A DNA stretch of 64,000 bases from a virus. Taxonomy: Duplodnaviria; Caudoviricetes. Shown piece after piece: positions 44,256 through 54,700 of this stretch. The notes beneath the pieces were generated by a model. It did no database searches and was not told where the DNA came from. It saw nothing but the letters and a program-made list of their open reading frames with translations. The stretch's first letter is position 1, and each line of letters begins with the position of its first letter. The DNA lies in IMG/VR virus record IMGVR_UViG_3300049988_000124, positions 160,001-224,000 of that record; one strand, given 5' to 3'. Both the position numbers and the translations under genes were made by a program.

Positions 44256-47200
44256 ATGTTCATGTTTGATTCCACGAGCTTTACCCAGGACATGTTGTCC
44301 AACCCCAATAAGCTGACCAAGGTAGTAGTCGATGCCATGGAGCGGTCTGATGCGACCGGTCAGGTCCTTATCAGTGATCCCAATAACGGCTTCGTGATCC
44401 AGCTCTCTGCTTTTCTTGCTGTTCAGGCAAAGATGTCAGAGAAGATCGACAACACCGTGAGTTACATGTTTCCGCAGCGTGCCAGGAACGCAGAGCAGCT
44501 CTACGTCCATCTGTCGGAGTTTGAGTATCACAAGCTGATGGCCTCGCCCGCCACGCTTCCTTTCGCCTTTGCGATGGACGCTGACTGGATCCGGGCTAAC
44601 GGCGTCTACTACGACACCAACTACAACCGACTGGTAATCCCATCAACGAGTTACATTACGATGGGCGGCGTCGTCTACTCGATGTACCATGACATCGAGA
44701 TTCTGATCAACCGCAATACAGGTGCGATCACTGCGTACTACGATGGTAGCTCAACCAATACTCTGAATCAGCTCGCCAGCAACATGCTGATCGATGTGCA
44801 GGAATTTGCTCGTGATGGCCTTAACTGGTTCCAGATCGAGTTCAACATGTATCAGTTCGAGCGGCAGATCTTGTCCTACACGGTTGCTCGTGAACAGGGC
44901 TTTGATAAGACCATCTCGTTTGAGGATCAGTTCTACGCTGCCAAGGTCTTTAACAAAGCACCAGGGGGTGAGTGGACCGAGCTTGCCTACAGTCTCTCCA
45001 AGCAGTTCTACGATCCCAAGAAGCCAACGGCTGTTATTCAGCTGCTGACTGATACTTCTGAGATCAAGATCAAGATTCCTCAGGTTTATTTCGACAACAA
45101 TCAGATCTCCCAGAACATCCGGGTGGAACTCTATACCACCAAGGGTAAGGTCAACTACAGCATCTCAGCGGCTGACGTGAATGATCGTCAGGCTAACTTT
45201 GATACCAGTTCCTCTTCCTTCGCTGCTCCCTTTGAGCAGATGCCAACGTGGCGGATCTTCCCGACAGCCATCGAGGTCGCTGGTGGATCAGACGTATCTC
45301 CCTACGAGGAAGTGCGCGACGCGATCGTTAACCAGCAGCTCTCTGACCGAGTGGCGGTGACACAGAATGAGATCACCAAGAAGGGTAAACACAACGGCTT
45401 TGACCTGACGCGCCTGAAGGATGATCTGACCGAGCGTATCTACTTGGCGTCGAACGTTCTGGTGGACAGCACCAACATGATCATTCCAACCTTTACCGGT
45501 GGGATCCTGATCAAGGACGAGGCGCTGGAAGGTAACCCTTCCACCATCATCAACCACACTGATGGTTATTACACGATTCTTCCCACGACGACCTTCAAGA
45601 TCGCCGACAATGGAAATACGTGTATCCCGATGACGGACGGTGATGTTACCGCAATGGCGGGCATGACCAAGCAGCAGTTGGTCAATGAGCTGAACAGTGG
45701 AAATTACGTGCGCCAACCGTTCCACGTAACGCTTCAGACCAATCCCAAGTCACCTCAGACGCTGATCTACAATCTCCTTGATCCGCAGATGAAGTCACTG
45801 GCGTTCATTGCAGAGAATCCCAACTCTGCTCCCCAGATGTCGGTCACGGCATGTAATGTTACACATCTCGATAATGGAACAGGTGGATACCGAGTAACGC
45901 TCGGGATTACGCGATCGTCCAACATTGAGAGTGAGGATGTCTCGAACTTCCGGGTGATCTTCTCATGTCCCAACAAGGGTGGCGAGTACGTCTACCTGCC
46001 AGCCACCTACGTCTCAACGACGCCGGAAGGCTTGGATGTCTGGGAAGTGATGCTGCGCACTAACTACCATCTGACGAGCGATGATTATCTCACGGTTGAG
46101 ATGTTCGACAGTAACGATCTTCTCTCAGGGGTTGAGGTGTCGATCAATCAGACCTTCTCGATCACGACTGCTTTTGTTGGTTCCTTTGAGCCGACCATTC
46201 CGATCGACGTTAGCTTGAACAGTTTCATACCTGACTCGGTGCGAGATCAGTTGGTCGCGATGGCACGTCAGACCATGAAGCTGCAGCTCGGCCAGAACCT
46301 CTCCTCGCAGATCTTCTGTGCGGTGAATACGAGCTGGGGCAATGATGTCTACAAGACAGCCGATGAGACGGTCTACTACAAGAACAGCCACCCGATCTAT
46401 CAGACCACTCCTGATACCGGCGTGGTGAACACGCGTACCAATGCAGCAGGCACCAAGCCTGAGGTGGTCTTGATCTATCCGATCGATTCTACCCCGTCCG
46501 ATCTGGCGGACTTGGTTATTGGTGTTACCGAGGATGTGCTTCCCTCAGCTGGTTCCACGACTACCTACAAGATCGCCAGCACCAAGGGTCTCCTGGTTGG
46601 AATGAAGGCGCGTGGTACCAATGTTCCAGCGGGTTCGGTAATCTTCTCAGTTGGCCCGAACACGGTTACCCTGAACAAGAAGATCACCAAGGTCGTCACC
46701 AAGGGAACAGCGATCACCTTTACCAATCCTTCGCCCGTTCTGTCGGTGAGTACAGCGCAGTCGACTGCGGGAACACAGGTGAAGGTGGCTAGTACGGCAG
46801 ACCTGCTGATTGGTCAGTCCGTCTACGGCTTTGACATTCCAACTGGAGCCAAGGTCAAGACGATTGATAGTGGTACGCAGTTCACGCTTACGGTGGCAAC
46901 GACCAAGGCGCTTGCCAAGGATACGCTGATCACGGTCATCAACACCACGGCTCCCGGCGTCGTCAAGATTGCTCCGGGTGACATTGTTACTGATGCCTCG
47001 GGTAAAGCGATCGTGGTCAAGAGTGCGCAGAACCAGTATCTGATTCCATCGATCCTCTTCGATGGTCGCCTCTTTGCCTCTGAAGATCCGATCGACCAGG
47101 AGATCATCACCACGATTGCTGGACGCTTGAACAACTTTGCCAATCAAGTCTCCACGATTGATGCAGGTCTCATTGAGGATGCAGACGTTTACTACAAGCC

Positions 47201-47636
47201 TGCGCGCTCCATGGGGTCAGCAGACTTTGGTGTCGGTGGTAAAGAGATCCGCAACATGTCACTGGGTCTGGGCTTTAGTGTCCTTATCTACGTGGATGCG
47301 GCAGTCTACAACACGCAGACGCTTCTAAACACGATGGAGGCAACGGTGAGGGATATCATCAATGCTGAGATCCAGAAGCCAACGATCTCTGTCTCTGCGA
47401 TCACCGAAACCATCCGGAGTCGCTTGGGCACCAATGCTGCGGCTGTTGAGATGGGACCCATCTCAGGCGTGGACGGGCTGAGGCTTATCTCAATTAACCA
47501 GGCCAACATTACGCCTAGCATCGAGAACAAGTTGATCGTGGAATCAGATGGAAACATCAAGCGTGTTCCCAACATCACGGTTACCTACCTACCAAAGCCT
47601 GATACGGCCGAGATGGTAGCAAAGACTACACTCTGA
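44256..47636 (+). CDS. Large baseplate (wedge-like) protein (phiKZ gp87-like, 1126 aa)
   Basis: Size and position; VELYTTKG...AGG...YEEVRDAI wedge-like segment; internal beta-repeat insertion. Confidence 0.6.
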   Translation: MFMFDSTSFTQDMLSNPNKLTKVVVDAMERSDATGQVLISDPNNGFVIQLSAFLAVQAKMSEKIDNTVSYMFPQRARNAEQLYVHLSEFEYHKLMASPATLPFAFAMDADWIRANGVYYDTNYNRLVIPSTSYITMGGVVYSMYHDIEILINRNTGAITAYYDGSSTNTLNQLASNMLIDVQEFARDGLNWFQIEFNMYQFERQILSYTVAREQGFDKTISFEDQFYAAKVFNKAPGGEWTELAYSLSKQFYDPKKPTAVIQLLTDTSEIKIKIPQVYFDNNQISQNIRVELYTTKGKVNYSISAADVNDRQANFDTSSSSFAAPFEQMPTWRIFPTAIEVAGGSDVSPYEEVRDAIVNQQLSDRVAVTQNEITKKGKHNGFDLTRLKDDLTERIYLASNVLVDSTNMIIPTFTGGILIKDEALEGNPSTIINHTDGYYTILPTTTFKIADNGNTCIPMTDGDVTAMAGMTKQQLVNELNSGNYVRQPFHVTLQTNPKSPQTLIYNLLDPQMKSLAFIAENPNSAPQMSVTACNVTHLDNGTGGYRVTLGITRSSNIESEDVSNFRVIFSCPNKGGEYVYLPATYVSTTPEGLDVWEVMLRTNYHLTSDDYLTVEMFDSNDLLSGVEVSINQTFSITTAFVGSFEPTIPIDVSLNSFIPDSVRDQLVAMARQTMKLQLGQNLSSQIFCAVNTSWGNDVYKTADETVYYKNSHPIYQTTPDTGVVNTRTNAAGTKPEVVLIYPIDSTPSDLADLVIGVTEDVLPSAGSTTTYKIASTKGLLVGMKARGTNVPAGSVIFSVGPNTVTLNKKITKVVTKGTAITFTNPSPVLSVSTAQSTAGTQVKVASTADLLIGQSVYGFDIPTGAKVKTIDSGTQFTLTVATTKALAKDTLITVINTTAPGVVKIAPGDIVTDASGKAIVVKSAQNQYLIPSILFDGRLFASEDPIDQEIITTIAGRLNNFANQVSTIDAGLIEDADVYYKPARSMGSADFGVGGKEIRNMSLGLGFSVLIYVDAAVYNTQTLLNTMEATVRDIINAEIQKPTISVSAITETIRSRLGTNAAAVEMGPISGVDGLRLISINQANITPSIENKLIVESDGNIKRVPNITVTYLPKPDTAEMVAKTTL

Positions 47637-47649
47637 TAAACATGAAGGT

Positions 47650-47683
47650 GATAAGAGGGAGGGCATTAGCCCTCCCTCTTATC
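47650..47683. terminator. 15-bp inverted repeat between convergent genes
   Basis: GATAAGAGGGAGGGC-atta-GCCCTCCCTCTTATC. Confidence 0.8.
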
Positions 47684-47685
47684 GA

Positions 47686-49308
47686 TTAGGCGTGCGACAG
47701 ATCAGCTGCCGTGATGTAGTTGAAAGCGTCACCAATCGCGAGCGATGCAACCGTGGCGGCACGAGCGTGCTGCGAGAACTCGCTCTCCGCATTCAGGTGG
47801 TTCACGAACACGTCCGTGGCCTTCTGGACGAAGCTGTCACCGCTGGCCTGAGCCAGCATGGAGATCAGTTCCTGATCCATCCGGATCTCGCTCTTACCAT
47901 TCGTCAGTTCCTGTGAGAACTTGCTGATGGTCTGGTTGAGCGCCAGCGGAATGGTATCGACGTTGCGTGCACTCAGGACAGACTGCACAGCATCACGCGT
48001 GATGCGACCAGCTTCCTGACGGATGACGGCTGCGTCATTATCGCGCAGGCGCTGGAGACGATTGCTATCCTCGGCCATGACCTGGGGAATAACATTCTCC
48101 CGGCGATCCAGAACGTACTGGAGCGACCAACCATTGGCCGAGGCAGGCATACCTGCACGCGGATCGAGATGGAGACCAAACTGCACCAGCTCTGCATCCG
48201 TACCACTGGATGCACGGTAGTTAGCGATGTTGTCCGCGTTCACGAACACGTCGACCTTGGGATCTGCGCCCTCAGCGGCCACACCCATGATAAGCGTGCT
48301 AGCAAAGCGCGTCTCGCGCATCGCCTCGTAGCCGACCAGCGACATGGTCACGGCCTCGACGGCCTGGCTGATCCGCTCCACGGTCTGATCGCTGATCGCC
48401 ATGTCGTCCTGGCGAACCTGCGTGGCAGCCTGAAGATGCTCCAGGAGTTTCATCACCGTGCTCATGTCAGCGACGTTCGCCATCATGGCCTTGGGATCGT
48501 TGCGGCTCTTGTCCCAGTGGTTAATGTGCTGGCGCTGCTGGCCCGAGGAGAACAAGAAGCTATTGAGCTGCGCTTCAGTGAACGAACCCAGGAGCTGCGA
48601 CACTTCACCCTCGGGAGCCTGGCCCAGGAGGAAGGTGATCTCGGCCTGGGCATTCAGACGAGCCGACTCATCGAGCGTCTTGAACGAGGCTGCCTGATGG
48701 GCAAAGTTGAACGCCTGGTTCGCCCAACCAACGGTCGGAACGTGATCGGCCTTGAAGATACCAGCACGGTCATTGGCGCGGTTGAGCGCCGCGTTCAGCC
48801 ACATGCCGTCGTTCAGGATTCCCCAGCTAAAGAGGTTGAACGAACCACCGGTCTCGGTGTTCGACGAGCGAGCCTGGGCTGCCTGCTGGATGAGACGAGC
48901 TGTCGTATCAGCGTTCTTGCCGATCGTGCCGATCACCGTCTGGTCCACCGTGGTACGGTAGAGGTCAGCGGAACCGTAGGTGATGTTCGAGAGCTCGGCG
49001 TGATGGATCGAGGGAAGCGCTGAGACCTGGTCCCAGACATCGCGCGATTCTGCGTTCTCGATGTTGTTCTCGACGGCGAACTGAGCGCACTCGTAGAGGA
49101 AGCGACCAACCGTCGAGGTATTACCGATCGACAGTGATTCGGTCGCGATCTTGGTGGAGACCTCGGTCTCGATGAGAGACGTCAAAACATCCTGGGGGAT
49201 GGAGTGTGAGCCACGCAGGTGACCCATGACGTTGACAGCGAAATCCTTGATGAAGAACTGAGCGTACGTGTTCGCCAGCTCCAGAATCGGATCAATCTTG
49301 CGGTTCAT
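47686..49308 (-). CDS. Putative virion head protein (540 aa)
   Basis: IATESL processing-like motif near the N-terminus; strong codon bias. Confidence 0.55.
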   Translation of the reverse strand: MNRKIDPILELANTYAQFFIKDFAVNVMGHLRGSHSIPQDVLTSLIETEVSTKIATESLSIGNTSTVGRFLYECAQFAVENNIENAESRDVWDQVSALPSIHHAELSNITYGSADLYRTTVDQTVIGTIGKNADTTARLIQQAAQARSSNTETGGSFNLFSWGILNDGMWLNAALNRANDRAGIFKADHVPTVGWANQAFNFAHQAASFKTLDESARLNAQAEITFLLGQAPEGEVSQLLGSFTEAQLNSFLFSSGQQRQHINHWDKSRNDPKAMMANVADMSTVMKLLEHLQAATQVRQDDMAISDQTVERISQAVEAVTMSLVGYEAMRETRFASTLIMGVAAEGADPKVDVFVNADNIANYRASSGTDAELVQFGLHLDPRAGMPASANGWSLQYVLDRRENVIPQVMAEDSNRLQRLRDNDAAVIRQEAGRITRDAVQSVLSARNVDTIPLALNQTISKFSQELTNGKSEIRMDQELISMLAQASGDSFVQKATDVFVNHLNAESEFSQHARAATVASLAIGDAFNYITAADLSHA

Positions 49309-49365
49309 GAAGAAAATGCCTTGTGTGTGAAAAAATAGGGAGCCATAATATTTCGAAAACGACCA

Positions 49366-51387
49366 TTAACCTCTGGGTAGTCCTCGTCCACCGGACGTAA
49401 CTGTGGACACCATACGCGAGATCAACAAGCGTGATCCGCCCTCCATACCCATCATGAAGGGGCTGAGTTTGTTCTTGTAAATGGTGGACAAGAGGATCTG
49501 TGTCTTGCGACGAATTGACCGGAACGGAGCCAGTCGATCGCGCAGACCCATGCCCGACAAGGTCAGCATGTATTCACCAAAGTTATCGTCGGTCCCGAAC
49601 ACTCGAGCAGCGATACCACGGTCACCACCCATGCTCATGTACATGGCAGGCGTCAGATCCTTCAAGGTCACGTTCATGGTGAGCTTTAGAGGAAGACGAG
49701 CCATGTTAAAGCCGTACTGGTCAGCACCACGACTAACCTCGAGCGACTCGATCATGCAGAGAGGTGAGGAGAACATACCACGACAGTAAGCCTGACAGAT
49801 GAAAGGCGCTGAGTGTGATGCTTCACCGGTACCACGGGGCAGTGAGCCTGCCAAAATACATGCCAGGGGAACGTACTCGGACATGAAGATTGATTCAACA
49901 TCTCCGTACGGTGACAGACAGGTGATTGAGAATGATGCAGAGCGTGACCACGCACTACCCATCCAAACCTCAGGAATGTCTACCTTGGCAGCACCAGTAA
50001 GAGTAGCAGCCAGTGGATCGAGCTTGAAGGTATTCGACACACCAGCACCAACCGCCTTAATCGCGTTAACGAAGTCGGTCATCATGCCAGCGATACCGCC
50101 GCTACCAAAGTTACCACCCATCGAGTCGAACTGTACAGAGCGACCCTGCTGGAACTTCTCGTTGGCGAGCATTGCTACCTGAGACTCACCCGTCTGGTTA
50201 GAGAATGACTCAGTGGCACCCATGCCCTTGTCAATGCGGAAGCCAATAAAGAGGTGACCATCGTAGATCGCATCCTTATACGCGCCCTTGAATGCATCGA
50301 ACCAACCCATGTCCCAGAACTTGTCGAGTGGATTCTCTTCTGTGCCTTCTGATCCTGCGTTGTTGGTCTGGTTGGAATCAGGATTTGTTGATGTTTCAGG
50401 ATCGGGCTTGTCAGCGATGCCGTTACCATTGTTGGTGGTGCGCGCTGCCTCAAACATGGCGAAGTCAGTGTTGCGACGCTTCTGTGACTTGTCGGAACCA
50501 TGTTCGTAGAAGTAGCGCTTGGACATGATCTGTGCCATATCCAAACCATCCTTGAAGAGGTCCGGCATACCCGAGACGTCGTGGGTCGGCTTAGTGCCGT
50601 ACTTCAACTGCTCGAGAGGGGTGACGTCCGAAGTCTCAGAACCAGTTAGATTGATGTCATCATTCGACAACATCATGTTCATGTTGGTCGCCAGGTGTAC
50701 CAAGATCGTGTTGACGAAGCGGAAGTACATCGGCATCTGCGAAGAGAACGAATAGTATTTCGAGATCTTCACCGTACTGATTGTGTCAGTGATGGCCTTG
50801 ATGAACTTGAACGGAATAGTAGCGATCTTGATCAGAACGATTGGTGCTGCACCCAGGAGGTAGCCGATCTTCTGGGGCGTGATGTTGGAGCCTTTGTTAA
50901 TGAAGTTGGCCATGTCCCGGTCAACCGCGCTAGCCCAGAAGCTACCAACGTTACTGAAAACAGGAATGCCGAAACCTAGGTAGAGGATCTGCTGGGTGTC
51001 ATCGAAGTTCTCCGAGTAGATCCGTCCCATGCCAACACCAGTGCCTGCCTTGGTCTCGAAGTGGGGATGAACAATGTCATCATCGACCGAGAACTGGGGA
51101 AGTGGGTTGATGGCATCGTTACCACCAAGCGAGGTATCACGGCACTTACTGCGAGAGAAGTAATAAGGCAGGGGCTTGTTACCCTTGCCGCCCTCGTCGT
51201 CCAGATTCCCGCGAAGGATCTGATTCATCGCACTGTCGAATTCTTTCTGACCTTCATCGACCTTGACCGCTTGTGCGTACTGCATGATCTGCTGGTAGGT
51301 ACTGAACTGAGTACCAATGTTGACCATGAAACAACCACGAATGAAGTTGTCTGATGCTGGCCTTTGTACGTTCTTTAGGGTAATCAT
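49366..51387 (-). CDS. Putative virion structural (tail/baseplate) protein (673 aa)
   Basis: DTSLGGNDAINPLPQF and CLSPYGD...RG motifs; located in the structural block. Confidence 0.55.
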   Translation of the reverse strand: MITLKNVQRPASDNFIRGCFMVNIGTQFSTYQQIMQYAQAVKVDEGQKEFDSAMNQILRGNLDDEGGKGNKPLPYYFSRSKCRDTSLGGNDAINPLPQFSVDDDIVHPHFETKAGTGVGMGRIYSENFDDTQQILYLGFGIPVFSNVGSFWASAVDRDMANFINKGSNITPQKIGYLLGAAPIVLIKIATIPFKFIKAITDTISTVKISKYYSFSSQMPMYFRFVNTILVHLATNMNMMLSNDDINLTGSETSDVTPLEQLKYGTKPTHDVSGMPDLFKDGLDMAQIMSKRYFYEHGSDKSQKRRNTDFAMFEAARTTNNGNGIADKPDPETSTNPDSNQTNNAGSEGTEENPLDKFWDMGWFDAFKGAYKDAIYDGHLFIGFRIDKGMGATESFSNQTGESQVAMLANEKFQQGRSVQFDSMGGNFGSGGIAGMMTDFVNAIKAVGAGVSNTFKLDPLAATLTGAAKVDIPEVWMGSAWSRSASFSITCLSPYGDVESIFMSEYVPLACILAGSLPRGTGEASHSAPFICQAYCRGMFSSPLCMIESLEVSRGADQYGFNMARLPLKLTMNVTLKDLTPAMYMSMGGDRGIAARVFGTDDNFGEYMLTLSGMGLRDRLAPFRSIRRKTQILLSTIYKNKLSPFMMGMEGGSRLLISRMVSTVTSGGRGLPRG

Positions 51388-51459
51388 AACGGGTCACTTC
51401 CTACTACGAGGAGTTTATACTGGTTCACACATTATTGTCACCCTTTACCCATCGGTGCT

Positions 51460-51741
51460 ATGGTACAAGAAAGGAAAGTGGTAATGAATGATAAGAAATT
51501 GATCAAAGGTGAAACATACGTCAACGGATTTGGTGAAATTATTGCGGTCGATACCGTTATCAAATTAGCCCCTATGAACGCTGATAAAACTCCTGCAGTT
51601 GAGGAGACTTTGTTCGTAGGTCACACAGGGACCATCTACTACGCCGACGGGGTCACTTTCCAAATCGATGAGATTCTTATCGACAAGAATGATCGCGCCA
51701 AGGATAGCGCACACAATTTGATCTACCAAGTTGTTAAGTGA
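51460..51741 (+). CDS. Isolated copy of the dispersed ~60-aa domain (about 93 aa)
   Basis: LIKGETYVNGFGEII...FVGHTGTIYYADG...AHNLIYQV. Confidence 0.65.
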   Translation: MVQERKVVMNDKKLIKGETYVNGFGEIIAVDTVIKLAPMNADKTPAVEETLFVGHTGTIYYADGVTFQIDEILIDKNDRAKDSAHNLIYQVVK

Positions 51742-51771
51742 TAGAGAGGAGGGCTCGAGCCCTCCTCTCTA
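51742..51771. terminator. 30-bp perfect palindrome between convergent genes
   Basis: TAGAGAGGAGGGCTC|GAGCCCTCCTCTCTA. Confidence 0.75.
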
Positions 51772-51779
51772 CCTTTAGG

Positions 51780-54700
51780 TTATTTGAAGTACATATCGAG
51801 TGCTTGGTTCTTCAGTGCTTCCATGTTGCGCTCAGTGATACCGATCGTCAGTGGCGAGGCCACGATACGGTTAATCACACTCGTTGTTGAGAAGAGGATG
51901 TCTACAGGAATACCAGATTCCGTAAAGTGTGGCTTCTCATTGACGTGCGAGACAATGGACTTGTTAGCGTTACCGATGCAGAGCTTATCGCCCTCGGACA
52001 TGCTCAAGGTCTCATCAATCATGAACTCGATCATGACCGTGGTGTCACCAAAGTCCATGCCCTGGTACTTGGTACCCGGCTGCACCCAACCCGGACGCTC
52101 AGGCGGACGAGCCTGCGGATCTGAGTTCAGTGCCTTGAAGTTCTCACGCACCTCTTTCTCGTAATCCTTCAAGATGTTCTTCAAACTGTCGGAGAGTTTC
52201 TCCCGGTCACAGCTGTAAAGAACACGGATCTTGCGAATGGTACCGGTGTAACCTGCCTGCGGGGTCTGACGATTGAGTTTCTCGAAGATATCAAGATTCT
52301 CGCTATTGATCTCGGTCGATGACCCGATCAGATATTCATCAGAAATAACGCACAAGCTCGATGATGTCTCAACGTGCTGACCAACCTTGACAATGTTGAG
52401 AATAGCAGCACTACACTCGGTGATGACTTCACGCTGGTGACACGGGGTCATCTTCAAGCGATCAGACATCTCTCGTGAAATCTCACAAGCATCCTCGTGG
52501 TTCGAGCTCTTCTCAATCAAAGCAACCGTGGCGGTCACACCGTGCTTGAAGGTAACCTGCTTGCTCAACGGGTCAGGAACGAAGAATCCCTTGTTGTAGA
52601 GAAGGATGTCACCGTGCTTAACTGTTTCACCGATCTTAACGTTGGGAGTGAGCTTCTGGAGAAGGTAGGACCCACTGTTTTGTGAATACACATCAGCAAA
52701 GGAGTAGCTCTTGATCTCTCCGGCTACCCGGTTACTCATCGGGGTAAAACGAATGTAGTAGAGCGCTTGGTAGCGACCACTGACTAGATCCTTGACAAGC
52801 GGTGCTTGCTTTCTAGCAATGTCCTTGTCTGGAATCGAGTCCGGGGTCTCACAACGGAGCCGGTCGGCAACCTTGCCGTAGGTCGTCCGCGTAAACTCGA
52901 ACACCCCGCCCATGGGGTAGCGATCGATCTCGGCTTCAGGAACCAGAAGACCAAAGCTTGTTCCCTCACGCAGGTAACTGTCAACAACCGCGTCAATGAC
53001 AGGAACCTTGAGTTTGCGAATAGCCTGGGCTGCTTGATCAGCGTAGCGGACCTTGATTACCTTTTGGCGATCATCGATCGATTCCACCACACCCTTATCA
53101 GGAGCAGTAACCGCAAAGACGTCCGATGACAAATGAGGGAGGACCTCATCATAGCCGGTACGAACAGCGAGCGTCTCACCATCGTCGTGGTTAGGAACGT
53201 AGTGACTGATCTGGATACTGAGGTAAGAGTTACGCTTACCATCATCAGTGGTACCACCTGGCATCACCATCGATCCGATCGACAAGATGTTTGGCGGCTC
53301 CAATACGTCACCCGGCTTATAGGGTTTCGCAATCCCGTGCAGATCATCGATCCTGGGAGAGGCGGAGAGGTAGGAGGTAATGCCGACCTTGCCTGAGTCA
53401 GGAACAGCATCCGAGATCACCCCCACACCGTCTTCAGGGTAGATACGATCGCGAAGGACAAAGCTGTTACCGTTACGACCACCAGCACCAGTGAAGGTGA
53501 AGTTGGCTCGCTGTTTTACTTCGTGAACAGGATTGATCACTTCGTTAGCAGAGACAGTCGCATCCTGAACAATCTTCTGGAAGACGGCTTCTGGATTGAT
53601 CGAGAAGCTCTTCTTGGAATTGGGATTACCCCGGTGGGTATGGAGAGAGCGCATGATCTCATTGTAAATGATACCATTGAACCGCTCATAGAGACGGAAG
53701 CGGTGGAGCTCGACTGACGAGGGTGACTTGGCCACGTAGTCCGTCAGCATGACATTCGCGCGCAAGAGAAGTTCGTGGAAAGTAATGGGCTCACCCATCT
53801 TCTCCAAGATCGTCTCAGTGATGGGATCCACGAAGAAATCGAAGAACCCGCGCAGACCCTTTAGCACACCCGTACTAAGACGCTTCTGAGCAAACACCTG
53901 TGCGTAGGTATCAGGAACCGACATCGACTGGAAGGTGAACTTGCGCAAGTCAGTCCAGGCAAGGCCCGTCGCAATCAATGAACGGGAAATCGGGTAGCGA
54001 TTGAAGACCAAGGTTCCATCCGCGAAACGAATGCCGATGTCATCGACGCCGAGCTTCACTAGCCGAGGATCAGTGTAGAACTTATAGTCCAGCCGGATGA
54101 GATCAAGAAGCTTCTTCAGACCCATCTGATACCCCAAGATATAGACCAAGGGAATCGTCTGGTTGATGATGTTAGCCTGCGTCCACTCCAGGGGAGTGTT
54201 CTCGATCGTACCATCTTTACCCAGGATGTCGGACAAGAAGTGAAGGAACGAGTTCCAGCTCTTCTCGACCTTACCTTTGTTGACGACGTGGATCTTGTTG
54301 TCGTAGTTCCACATGATCGAGTTACCGGTAGGCGTTTGTCCTGCCAGCACACCGAACTGAGTATCCTCAGTGTTATTGTGGTCGATCGTGAAATCGAAGG
54401 TATAACCTTGCACCTTGATCTCGGTGAAGTGACGACCAATTGCACTATAGTCGTACGGTACCTTTACCTCTGGGAGAGGAGCGGCACCCATGACGGCTTC
54501 GATTTGTTTCTCGAACTTCAGGTGCGAGATGAACTTCATCACCGACTGTTCGTAACTGTAGCGCTTGGACTGGATGCGCTCAATCACGATCTTGTTGTAG
54601 TAAGATGACAAATTCACCCGAGTGGGTGATGTCTTACAGATCGGAAGGTTCGCCATCTGCCTGGTCATGCGGTAATTAATACCGCTGAGTTTCATCACAC

